46,543 nt of DNA, taken from assembly GCF_001194135.2 (NCBI RefSeq), contig NC_068983.1, positions 80,009,646 through 80,056,188 on the forward strand, in the 5' to 3' direction. Origin of the DNA: Octopus bimaculoides. Taxonomy: Eukaryota. A program made the translations under genes and the position numbers. Every line of letters starts with the position of its first letter. Positions within the stretch are counted from its first letter, which is position 1. Under the pieces are notes generated by a model that was given only the letters and a program-made list of their open reading frames with translations, had not been told where the DNA came from and made no database searches. Below are positions 24,108-36,096 of this stretch, one piece after another.

Positions 24108-24171
24108 TTTACACCTTCACATGATGATTCCTTGTCATGCCAACTCACTTAAATGTCAACTTTTCTGACTT
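24108..24171 (-). repeat. Right arm of perfect 64-bp inverted repeat
   Basis: Exact reverse complement of 22563-22626. Confidence 0.95.
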
Positions 24172-25685
24172 GGTCATATTATCTACCTGCCTGAAATCAG
24201 CTTCCTAAAATGTTTAAGTGTGAGCTTAAAAGGAGAAGACTGCCATGCCAATGAAGAGCAAGTCTTTGAATTTAGTTATGCTTCATGCCTGCCTACAACA
24301 TCTGTTAATATCCCCTGCAGACCTTTCTCTACCTGCAATTAGGGCTTGAAGGGAAAAAGTTTTATTTATTTATTTTACCTTTTATAACTGTGTGGCGAAG
24401 ACATTGCAAATGAGCTAGCAGCCATTTTAACCTCCAAATATATACACCACTGCAAAAACCAAATATCAGCTACCCTTATTCCAGTGTAATATTTGTTGAT
24501 TTTTCAGATTTCATATTTTTAAAAATATAAAACAGTTCACTGATATAAGGAAAATACTTACAATATCATGCTCTTTCTTTCCTTCCTTCCTTCTTTCTTT
24601 CTTTCTTGTTATATCTCTTTTACTGTACCACCTATCTCTGCATCAATTTATATAGCAGTAATATTAGGTATTCCTACTGAAAAAAATTAACCTTTTCAAA
24701 GGAAAAAGAAAAGCAAACATTTCATTCTTTTATATTGAACATGTTGATGTTATTACTGAACATAATTATACAACACTCTATTTAACATGTCTGCGGCATT
24801 CCCCAAGGAAATAATATACAAGTCCAACCTCATAAATAAAAGAATTCTGAATGATTCTTCTAAGTGACCTGACTTCACTTTGAATTTATTTATTGCTAAA
24901 TCACAATTAAATATTTAGATGTTAATCATCTATATTCAGTTGAAAGTTTTAGTTGTTAATTAACTGTTTTGTTCATGGAATGTTTGAAGTAAATCATTAT
25001 CATTAGTTTTATTCTATTGATCAACAGTCTTTTCTTCTTTCTAAGTAAGCAAGTTTCAAAATTATTTTCTACATCTTTTAATCATCATTCTTTCAAGGTG
25101 GATATTAATTTATTCTCAAAGTTCTCAAATTCACATAAATTAATCTTAAAATGTGTATTTTCAGCTGAAGAACTAGAACATTTATGTTAAGAAGTGAAGT
25201 CTGCACTCAAGTTTAAATTAAATAAGAATAAAACCTTATTTATGTCACATTTGAGTACTCAGTAAATTAAATTTTTTTTTCTAAATAAATCTAGTTAAAT
25301 ATGAAAATATTTCATTCCAAGATACTTCTTTAAGAGTAATTTGTATCGGGTAAAATGTTTGTTTTAATACTTTCAACTTCTGAAGATATTCATCCTTTGA
25401 GAGTTGATACAATAATTACTTCTTAAGTCCTACGGTTGATAGGATCAGATGTTCCACCCCCACCAAATGTGTGACTTTGTGGTTAAATTAGAAATCAATA
25501 TTTTTAACTCAAATAATTATTAAGAGATTTTAGGTTGTGGTTTATCAAATATTTCTGCTGTATTTTGGCTGTAAATTCACAAGGTATTTTTATTCAACTC
25601 ACTCACAGATTTATTGGTTTCCTTGCTTCATTTGTATATTTCATCAGTATACACACAAAGATACAAAGTTTCACATAGTTTCTGT

Positions 25686-26027
25686 CTTCTTTTACTTCTT
25701 TTAATTGTTTCATTCATTGGATTGCAGTCATGCCTCGAATGACTTAGTCAAGCAAATTGAACCCAGTACTTATTCTATCAATCCCTTCTGCCAAACTGCT
25801 AAGTTACAGAGATATTAACAAATCACCACTAGTTGGCAAGCAGTGGGGGAACAAACATACACACATACACACACACATGCTCACACACATAGGGTGGGCT
25901 TCCCTATAGTTTCCATCTTCCACATTCACTCACAAAGCATTGGTCAGCTCAAGAAGTTGCACAGTAGGATGACTGACCCAGAAACCACATGGTTGCAAAG
26001 CAAGCTTGTTAACCACAAAGCCATGCC
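25686..26027 (-). mobile_element. Internally deleted SINE family A (left arm of inverted duplication)
   Basis: Family A tail, spacer and head are present; the GACACTTGCCCAAGG core is missing. Confidence 0.8.
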
Positions 26028-26077
26028 TACCAAATGTAAGTTGTAAGTGCTTTGTAAGTGCTTAGTGCTTTGACTAC

Positions 26078-26351
26078 CACTTACGACTTACATTCGGTAG
26101 GCTGTGTGGTTAACAAGCTTGCTTTGCAACCATGTGGCTTCTGGGTCAATCATCCTACTGTACAACTTCTTAAGCTGACCAATGCTTTGTGAGTGAATGT
26201 GGAAGATGGAAACTATATAGAAACCCACCCTATGTGTGTGTGTGTGCATGTTTGTTCCCCCACTGCTTGCCAACTAGTGGTGATTTGTTAACATCCCTGT
26301 AACTTAGCAGTCTGGCAAAAGAGATTGATAGAATAAGTACTGGGTTCAATT
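26078..26351 (+). repeat. Inverted duplicate of 25755-26049 (SINE plus unique flank)
   Basis: Manual alignment shows the same internal deletion and shared non-SINE flank CTACC(A/G)AATGTAAGT(T/C)GTAAGTG. The spacer is ~28 bp. Confidence 0.9.
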
Positions 26352-28594
26352 GATCAAAATTCAAAATTATAATCTTCTTATGAATGATTTGGCTGTTAAG
26401 AAGCTTTCAAGAGATTTACTCTGCCTTTACCAACACATGACAGAACAGTAAATTGGGAAGATACGATATTATTTTGAAAAACACCTATTTACTTTCCTAA
26501 GTCCATTAGATTTAAGACCTTTTAGGTTTATCAACAAAAACTATGAATATAGCTTCTGTTTTAAGTAATCAGCTTGTAATCTAATGTTATTCCTAGTAAC
26601 ACATCATTTCTCTGTCCAAAAAAGGCTCTTAAAACATTTAAAAATAGAACTTGGGTCTTTTTTGCCTTCTATACAAAATGTCATTGTATCATCAACAGCC
26701 ATTTACTTATTCTGAATATTTCTTTTCCCCCAATCCCACCAATCAATGTAAACTTTCTGTTAGCCAAATGAAGTGAAAATATTGTCTTCTGAAAACTCTT
26801 CAGATTTCTCTTCCAACACTTTATAAACTTTTTTCACCATTTATCAGTCTGTAGTCAGGAACATTTTCCATGTGTTGATAAAACAAAAATGTTTTGTTAT
26901 AAACCATATCTAAGAATGTTTTCTTTTATAAAGCTTGTTGAGTTTCTATTTTGTTTTGAGACAGAATAATTCTACCATAGTGTTTTTTTTTTCAATGTGG
27001 TGGAAATTAAGTGTCTATTAATGCAAGGATTTCTCATTAGCATTGAGAAATATTTAAAATCTGTTTCACATATTTATGTGGAAGCATAAATCTCTTGTGG
27101 AATATTATTTGTTTGTTCCTAAATTTAAAAACTCTCACATTTACTACTGAGAATTTTTCTCTTCTTGTTGATGTTATCTTACATCTAAAAATTGTCTGCA
27201 GCAGGTGCTTGTTTGTGATTTGTCATTTCATTAATACCAAGTTATTTGTCGAAAAATTCTGTACATTACCAAACTAGATTCATTTTATAAACTTTGTTTT
27301 ATTTTGCTTTTTTAAAATTATCTTCCTCACATATTAATCTGAGTATGTGGGCCAGTAGCAATGATCTTTGTTGGCCCACCCATTGTGATGTTGATAAAAT
27401 TGATGCTTAGCTTGAATTTCTACAGATTGATGTATACTAGGAAATCTGGGCACAAAGTAAGTTGTGGAATACTGTAGTTCTAGAGATAAAGGTTTAGGTA
27501 AAATGCTCAGTTTGGAGTTTTGAGGGTAAGATTCAGTAGGGGAATGACAGGAGAAAGCAGCAGGTGAAATAGTTGGTTTGGGTGGTCTTGGTGACACAGA
27601 TTGCTAGTTCAGTAGAGCACAAAATAATGTGGTAGCAATTTAACAGTCGGAGAGGGAAAACACACAAGTTTTCCTCAGGTCCATTGTTCATGGCTATAAA
27701 CTAAGACATGACTCAAAACTATAAATATTTTTCTTAACAAGAATGAATCATCTTCCTCTTTATTACGGATGTCATTTTAATTCATTTAAACATTTTGGGA
27801 TCACTATCTTAATCCCCACCACCAGCCTTATATGTTAGATATATACCATTATTCAAGTAGTTTTTGTACTTTTTATTCTTGACATTCAGTATTTGAGATG
27901 GCCCAGTGAAATTAGTTTGGGTAATCATGCATGGAGCAAATTCAAGAGGAATGAAGTTCTAAAGTTGAAAAGTTAAGGAAGGAGATTAATACAAAATCAA
28001 AAGAAATGAAGAGGAGATGGGAATGCAACAAGTGGATTTTAGTACGGATAACACAGAGTTGGAAATTCATTAGAGCTGAGATCAGAGGAAGGCATATTTC
28101 TGTGGGGAACTAGTAGTTAATATTTATCAAGAGAACAACTTTTGTCCAAGTGCAACCTAAATGATTGTGATTGTGGCTAGAGCACAATTTGACTAAATGA
28201 GCAGATCCTATCTGGAAATAAGAAATTCATTGAAAACTGTTAGGGATTGACTAATTAGTTAACTGATGTATTTTTCATACATAAATATGTGCAGTGTATT
28301 ATAGTGTGCTTTTATATATATATAAGGGCATAACTATACAAGAATGCCTCACATTAACTACCGAATGCAAGGAAATGCAACCCTCTTCTTTGCTTTTAGT
28401 ACTTGTAGAAGTGCTACTGCAAAACTTTGTCCTAATCACCACTTGCATAGAAATTAGGAAAGTTTAGAGAGGGATAGGAGTACATTGTTATGCTGAGACT
28501 AGGGAAAAAGTTCAGTGAGATACTGAAATAGTGCTTAGTTGTTTGGGTGGAGGAAAAAGAGTCGCCAAAATTTCTGTCAAAATTCACTTGTTCA

Positions 28595-28995
28595 TCTTTT
28601 ACATCTGGTTTTCCCAGATTGGATGAACATGTTGAGGCATTGTTTTACAGCCTGATGCCCTTTCTGACACTAGCCCATACCTGTTTTTCAATAAGTGATC
28701 TCTTATTTTACACGGCTTCAAAGACATGAAGCGACTGTGCAATTTGTTGACAGGATAAACTGACAGTACCACTGTGCACTGCACCATAGAAACAATCACA
28801 AATGTAAGCAAACACGCAGATACACTTGCACACACACATATCTATACAACTGGCTTTTTTTCAGGTTCCTTCTACCAAATCCACTCATGGCTTTGGTTTG
28901 CCAGGAGCTATTGTAGAAGACACTTGAATAAGGTGCTGTTCACTAAGACTGAACCCCAAACCATGTGGTGGGGAAGTTACCATACAGCCGTGCTT
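28595..28995 (-). mobile_element. SINE with family A head and RTE-type tail, decayed
   Basis: TGATGCCCTTTCTGACAC tail block plus CTACCAAATCCACTCA...GAAGACACTTG...CCATACAGCCG head. Confidence 0.7.
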
Positions 28996-29851
28996 AGCTT
29001 AAAACATCTGGAAACAACTATAAATAAAAAAAAAGTACTTTATCTTTTAATTCGACTTCATTGCTCCCAACATACTTGGTAATTTTCATGTCCCCAGTTT
29101 ATGCTATTACATGCACCAGAAAGTAAAGTAGTACTTAGAGTAGTTCTGATAATAAATTGGGTTGACTGGTTGATGATACCTAGAAAACTATTAAGTTGTA
29201 GTTGTAAAACTAAAAGACTTCAATTTTATATGATATATCTAGGGCAAGTCAGCTTGGCAAACCCATATTTTTCTAAACTATCCCCATGGGAGTTGTTGAA
29301 CTCAGATCTGCAAGCTTACAATATACTCATCATTTTAAAGGTGTGCTGCTGCTGTTGGATAGAGCAATATGTTGTTCTTACACTGCTAGGACCTTTTTGC
29401 TACTGAGCAGAGTCATAGACCATTTCAGAGTAATATCTTGTTCATGGTCACTGTACCAGTTATAAAATATGAACTGCTAATCTTTCAGCAGGTGGTCTTC
29501 AACCCTATCAAATCAGCCAGTCACACACAAGCTTATATTTTAAGATCAATATTTCTTCGTCTATGAACATGCCTTAATATAAGTGTTACAATCCGGTTGA
29601 TGTATTTATTGCTTACTCTATATAAGCTTTCTAAGGCAGTCTCTATGTGAATGCTCACCCTGCTAGAATTAGCACCCAGTTTTCCTTCAAATCACATTCT
29701 ACTATTAAAAAAATAAATAAAAATAAGAACACTGCTTGTTAATAAGACAGGGTTACCATATGTTCTGTTTCTGTTTGGTCAAGACTGACTTGGGTTAAAC
29801 AATTACAACTTTTTATGAAAGACTGCAAGTTATACATGTGCTTATCTAACT

Positions 29852-30154
29852 CAGGGTTTCTCAACCAATTTTTAACAATGGACCCCTTTGATCACTATTT
29901 TATTCTGGTGGACCTCATCGCCAGTCAATATTTAAAAAACTAGTTTTATAGAAACTTCTTTCAAAATTCCTATTTTATTTTTCACACATTAACTTGTGTA
30001 GGTTGAACTATGTAAAACATCCAAGAAAGAAACCTCACTGTTTCTTGCAATACATATCAATATATAAACATTGAAAGCAAAATTTTTTCAGGTGCCCTAC
30101 GTTACTGTTTTGTTGCATGGACCCCCCAACAAAAATCTTTTATGAGAACTACTG
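29852..30154. mobile_element. hAT (Charlie-like) MITE related to 3688-3943
   Basis: Termini CAGGGTTTCTCAA and ATGAGAACTACTG; TSD ATCTAACT/ATCTGGCT (6/8). Shares the GGACCCCTTTGAT...GGTGGACCT block. Confidence 0.75.
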
Positions 30155-30961
30155 ATCTGGCTATTGTAAAGCTTTGAAAACAAATGTTTAAATTTATATG
30201 GTTGTAGTTGTTTGCTTTGCAGTAGTTGAAATAAATTATATATACTGAAAGATTTTTAGGAATATATATTATATTGTTCACACATATTTCTTTGAAATCA
30301 TCTTTATAGTTAATCTAATCAGTTGTTTAATATATAGAAAAATAATGCTATTATAAATTTTAAAAAAAGAAACTTCTTTGGGTTACAACATTTTTACATT
30401 TCATAATAAAAGTAAACTTTTATAGTTATTTCAGAATAAATCTCTTTCTTTTGATATATTATTTAATTGTGGTGTGTGTGAAAGAGAAAGAATGAGCGTG
30501 AGAGAGAATGTGTGGTTATGTGTGTGTACATGCTTACACGTGGGTTTGCTTATAAATAGATAAAATAAATAATCTTGATTCTCTTAATGGATGTAGTCAT
30601 ATGTTGAAATTATATTTTCATTCTTATATATATANNNNNNNNNNCATTTTTCACAGTTACTCTACTTCCACTATGTTTGTGGGATTTCACTCACATGCTG
30701 TCATTAATAGCATTACTATCAAAATAAAACTATTGTATCATTATACTAAAGCTTGCCCTAGTAAAACCTCTCTCTCTATTACTCACACACAAGCACACAC
30801 TTCACTACTGCTGGAGTGGCAGGAGCATTTGTAGATAAGCTATATTTGAAAAGAAGCTGACTGTGTATGTGATAGTTAATACAGGAAGTTCTTTGTAGCA
30901 GCCCCACCCCCTGATACTTTCTTCTTTGCCTCTCTATTACCACTACCCACTGTTCTTACAG

Positions 30962-31011
30962 GAGGTGTGGGTCTAGCTCAAGTACCAGTCTATCCACTTT
31001 CCTGTCTGTCA
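30962..31011 (+). other. Possible 50-nt (5' UTR?) exon
   Basis: A long pyrimidine-rich tract ending TTCTTACAG precedes it and a GTAAGC donor follows. No transcript evidence. Confidence 0.2.
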
Positions 31012-32357
31012 GTAAGCTCCTCCTAACTAACTCAATGAATTCTGTCAACTTCACCTCTGGCACTACAGCTTACAATACCACTATTTTGTACCCCATCGAT
31101 GGCTGTATGTATTCATCAGTTTTCATTCTGTGCTCACATGTTTCCTTTCTTAACAAGTAATATTCAGTTGCTTTATTTAATAACATGAAGTAAGGAAACA
31201 AACTTATGTGAATTCCTTTTGGTTCATTGGCAATGAGAGCAACCAACCACTGGTTTCGGAGAAAGAGAAAAGTTTATTCAAAGTTATTCACCTGAAAGTT
31301 ATATTCTAAATGGGATAAAAGAAAAATCTCCAACAAAACCAAAAACTAAATAGACAAACGCTAAAAGCATAGAAAGTGGATCCATATAAATAATAAAATG
31401 ACAAATAACAATGGAACTATTTGGATCTTTAAAAAGAAAAGAAAAGAAGCAAAACATCAAAATACTTTTCCAAGGAATTATATAAATTGAATGGATTTTA
31501 TTAAATGAAAATCTTCCTCATTACATGTTGAAGTTGTTTTCAAAAACAAAGGTATATGTATACATATTTCCAGGTGTCCTAGGAATTTTATTTGTTATTT
31601 CAATGAATATTTTTAATAACAATTTATACAGATTCAACTTGTAAAAAAAGAAGTTTTAAAAAATCAGTGATATATATTTTCAAATGTAATTGAAGATTTG
31701 AAAACAAGTAATATTTACCAGAAATATTTATTTTAATTATACTCTTTCAAAATACACTTTAAAAAATTATTTTGATACAAGATAAAAATCTTAAACTTCA
31801 CAGATACTTATGGGCATTATGAAAGAGATGAGAAAACCTAACCAAACTTTTAATAGCCAGCTCACAGCAAGTATGTGTTGCATTTAGATATTAGGATAAA
31901 GGATTTTAAAGTTTTCCTAATGTAATAGCAAACTTTGGTTTTCAAATTTCAAATCAGAATAAAAAGGGGAAGGAACCAAATATCATAGGGATTGTGTTGT
32001 GGGGGGGAAAAAAACAGTTGGATCATTTTGTTTTTTACATACTCACACACAAACACCCACCCTATTGAAAAATAATGAGAAGAGAGAGAGAGAGAAAGAG
32101 GAGAAAGAAGAAAAATAAGTAAATTAATTCATTTGCTTCACATGTTTATAGTTTTATAAATTAAAAAAAAAATTCTAAGCCTCTTTATTATCTTTACTTA
32201 ATTAACTGAAATTTAATAACACAATATTATCTCACACTTTAAAGCTATAAGGAAAGTCATTCAAGTTGTACCCAGGCCAACTGTTGTTACCTGTCTTGTT
32301 CTCATTAACTCAGTCACCTAGTCTACTTAATTGTTTTTTGTTTTCCTTTTCCTCTAC

Positions 32358-32400
<43 letters not shown>

Positions 32401-33840
32401 AAACTTATCAGGGCTTCTCTGCTGGTGATATAGTTTGATTTAATCATTTACTTTAATAGATGACTAAACTGCTATTGCTAATCTCTTTTACAGACTAAGT
32501 AAATTGTGCATTTAACTAGTTGGATGTTATAGTGCATTTTGAAAGGGTCTTATAATCATTTTTCTGTTGGTTCGACAACAGAAAAATATGGTAAATTTCA
32601 TCTGATAGGATACCTTTCAACTGCTAAGTGGAAATTATATGAGGGCAGTAATTATTAATTTTCGTTTTTTTGATTTTCTTACCACCTGCACACAGGTATG
32701 TAGGTACTTTAAAGAAACAGTCTGATAAGTTTCATCATTTTTGTATTTAGTGCCTTAATAACATTGTTAAATTTATAAAATAATAATAAATAAGTTTAAG
32801 GAGTTGAAATTTTAAAGAAGTTAATGCAGTATTAATTATTGAAAATTGAACAAAGGATAAAAACATTTCCAAATACTTCTCTTTTAAAACAGGTTGCTGC
32901 ACTTCTGACTTGTTGCATTTACATATTGTTAGTTGTTTAAAGTATTTACAGCCTCATCTGTCGCTACTTCTAGCATGGATAATGCATCACTATATGTATC
33001 TAGTAAAATATAACTTACAAAATTATTTCTTGTAGTAACAACTTAAGACATATAACTCAATTATTGAAGTAATTATTCACTGGTATCATAAAAAGTGTTT
33101 TTGTCTTTCTTATTTTTTCTTACTCCTTCAGAGAACTATACACACACACACACACACACACACGCACAACATATATATATACATGTGAGTGTGTGTGTGT
33201 GTGCATGTATATGTGTATGTATGTACGTATGAGTGTGTCTGTAAGTATTGTAGCTGAAAACGTTTCTTTGTTTTATTATTGTATTTTTTAGTGAAAATGG
33301 GCTGGGAAAGTATTCTGTAACAGGAAAGAGAACTTTGTGGAGGAGGGGTGGGGGACGTGAGAAAGTAGGCTATTTTGAAATAATGTAGAGACTCTAAATG
33401 GAGGAAAGGGTGGTGCAAAATGGTAAATCATTCAGAATGAACAGCATGAATGGAATCTTTATTGTTAGTATATATACATATATGAGAAATGTGAGGTGAA
33501 CTATTTCAAAACAAATTTTGAAGTATTTATTCTTTGATAAATACTTAATGTAGATAAAGATTTCTTATAATTCTTATAAGCTATGAAAATTGGGCACATA
33601 ATTTTGACATTTGAGTAAGAATATATATTTTTTTTAAACTTGATATGACCTAATATTCCATTGACACAAATTCATTTCACTTCATCCATCATCTCGTGTT
33701 ATTCTTCTATATAGTCCACATGTCTTTCAAATTACATAGCCACAAGTTTACTTGCTGCATTTATATGATGTACATATTAAAAACACAATTTTATTTCAAA
33801 TGATCGTAAATATTGTCAACTTATAGTTAATATAACCAAA

Positions 33841-35266
33841 ATGGGTAATAAGTCCTCATTACTCTATGAACGACAGGCTGGGTTATCAGGTGAAAGACGA
33901 GATCGAAGCTGGTCTTTTACAGGCAATATGGGTTCGCCAACATTGTCTGGTTTAAAAGCTTCAAGAAGTCGAGCAATGTCTTTGTCTCAAAATCCTAGGC
34001 AATCTGGTAATTCCCAGAAACACCTTAGGTTACCTAGTCACTTACATATATCTAGTCCATTGGAAATACAATCAAAAATAAATTCCATGGATTCTATGCG
34101 CTTAGTATCTAGCAGTTCTTTAACTAATGTTAATCAACCACATTCATGGACTCTTGGGAAATCTGATGCATGGGATTCACCATGCATCAAGAATCACCAT
34201 GCCAGAAATGCTAATGCTCAACAACAACAATTCCAAAATTGGTCAAGCAAGTATGCCACAAATAAAAAACTGGACTTGCAAAATGAGAAGAAAGTAAGCA
34301 TTAAAAAGCGATCAGCTCATGCAAGTGATAGCAACAAACAACCTGTTTGTTCTTCCCACCAGAATTCTGTACAAATGCAGTGTTGTTCTGATGACGTGTT
34401 AGATTTAAAAGAAGATATTCTCTATGAAGGATTCAGACCTCGAACTAACTCAACATCAATCATAGAAATGGGTAGGAAACATCGCAGTCGTGTTGTAATG
34501 GGAGCTGCCAGTGCTAATCTTCGAAGACAGCTACATACAAGCCAAATAGCCATTGACAAATGTTCTCAAGATTCTGCAAAAAATATGAATCATTGTGCTG
34601 GAGATTATGTTGAACTTGATCCTCGGCAAACAATGTTTCATGAGCAACAGAACTTTACCAATGAACAAGTATATTTGCGGAAAGAAAGCAGATTTAGGGC
34701 AATGAATGAAAATAAGATGATAGATGACATTTGTTTTCAACTGCCACCAACAAACACTTCTAGAACTAATCTTACACCAAAACTTTGGGCAGGTAAAACT
34801 CTTCTTCCAGATATTCATGAAGAAAAAATTCTAAGTTCTAGTGTGCCAAATTGCAATTATGACTCCTTACTTAAAAATATTCCACAACAGAACAATTCAG
34901 GTATTTCTCCGCGTACTCATGGCATTTCTTCAGGGAAAAACACTGATTTTATGAGGAAAAGAAGTTGCAGCATATCACATACTCCAGAATTTAGTGCACA
35001 TCAGCAAATGCATTGGAATCTACCTCCAAATGCATTTGGAGAAGTTAATAACCGAGAAATTCTCATTCATTATAGCCCTTCTTCTGTGCGCAAATTTCCT
35101 AGAAAATTATCTGTTCCAATATTAATGACACCTAAAACTAGAATTGTTCCGGAAAAGGAACGATTGTGGAATTATAATGTGACTCTTGGTGATTCTTGTC
35201 CTAATCTTACCATTTCATCAAATAATAGCACTGGACATGGACTTTACCTGAGCCAGAACAATAAAG
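33841..35266 (+). CDS. Large coding exon of an unidentified gene: low-complexity Ser/Asn/Gln-rich region with N-terminal MGNKSS motif
   Basis: Only long non-repeat ORF (484 codons) in an AT-rich window. Strong start context CCAAAATGG. Splice donor AAAG|GTAAAC at 35266/35267 shortly before the ORF degenerates. Candidate acceptor TTATAG at 33821-33826. No recognisable domain. Confidence 0.8.
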
Positions 35267-35503
35267 GTAAACTTTTTTATTTAATTTTCCTTTAATAAAT
35301 TAGAAAATTATAACTTGCATTGAAATTACCATTGTATCCTTTTTTCTTAATGCAACAAAATAATTTTGATATATATTTTAGCACTACCTGGTAGAAGATG
35401 ACACTAAAGAGCAGTAATTTTAATGTCAATATGCATACATAATTTTTTAATATTTTTTGGAGAGTATTGTAGTTCGCTTGAAGCATTGTGTATTGTTTGT
35501 AAA

Positions 35504-35755
35504 GAATAAAAAGTTTAGAATGGTACAACAATGCACTATAGAACAAAAAATGGACTATATACCTGTTGTAATTTGGTTATCTATAGTCCGATGATATTTC
35601 GGAATTACAATTCCTTCTTCAGATCTTCTTAGCTGGAGTCTCAAGGAATTGTAATTCCGAAATATCATCGGACTATAGATAACCAAATTACAACAGGTAT
35701 ATAGTCCATATTTTGTTCTATAGTGCATTGTTGTACCATTCTAAACTTTTTATTC
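35504..35755. repeat. Near-perfect palindrome: 113-bp arms (112/113 identical), 26-bp spacer
   Basis: 35504-35616 is the reverse complement of 35643-35755 with a single mismatch. Confidence 0.97.
35590..35625 (-). ncRNA. Putative minimal (Penelope-type) hammerhead ribozyme core
   Basis: Minus strand reads GAU-CUGAAGA-A-GGAAU(UGUA)AUUCC-GAAA-UA-UC-AUC. The core is intact and stem II is 5 bp, but stem I is only 3 bp and stem III is minimal. Confidence 0.55.
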
Positions 35756-35786
35756 AATATTTTTTATTTTTTAAATGATACTAGAG

Positions 35787-35787
<1 letters not shown>

Positions 35788-35846
<59 letters not shown>
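35788..35846. repeat. (ATT)n microsatellite
   Basis: Directly visible. Confidence 0.95.
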
Positions 35847-35848
<2 letters not shown>

Positions 35849-36096
35849 GAAAGCAAGTTAGTAGAATCGTTAGCACACTGAACAAAATGCTTAGGGGCAT
35901 TTCTTCCAGCTTTATGCTCTTAGTTCAAATTTTGCCAAGGCTGACTTTGCCTTTCTTCTTTTTAGGGTCAATAAGATAAATGCCAGTTGAGTACTGGAGT
36001 CAATATTAATCAACTGGCTCTGCTCCCTAAATTTCAGTTCTTTTGCCTATAATAGAAAGGATTATTATTATTATCATTATTATTATTGTTATTGTT
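35847..36096 (+). mobile_element. SINE family B, copy 2
   Basis: Homologous to 9747-9965, with (ATT)n tail. Confidence 0.8.

Noticed and set aside
27334-27597. 87-aa ORF with an RPP motif reminiscent of LINE endonucleases
   Set aside because: No following GDFN or other motif could be found.
34531-34818. 95-aa ORF antisense to the large exon
   Set aside because: It is a shadow ORF with no independent signals.
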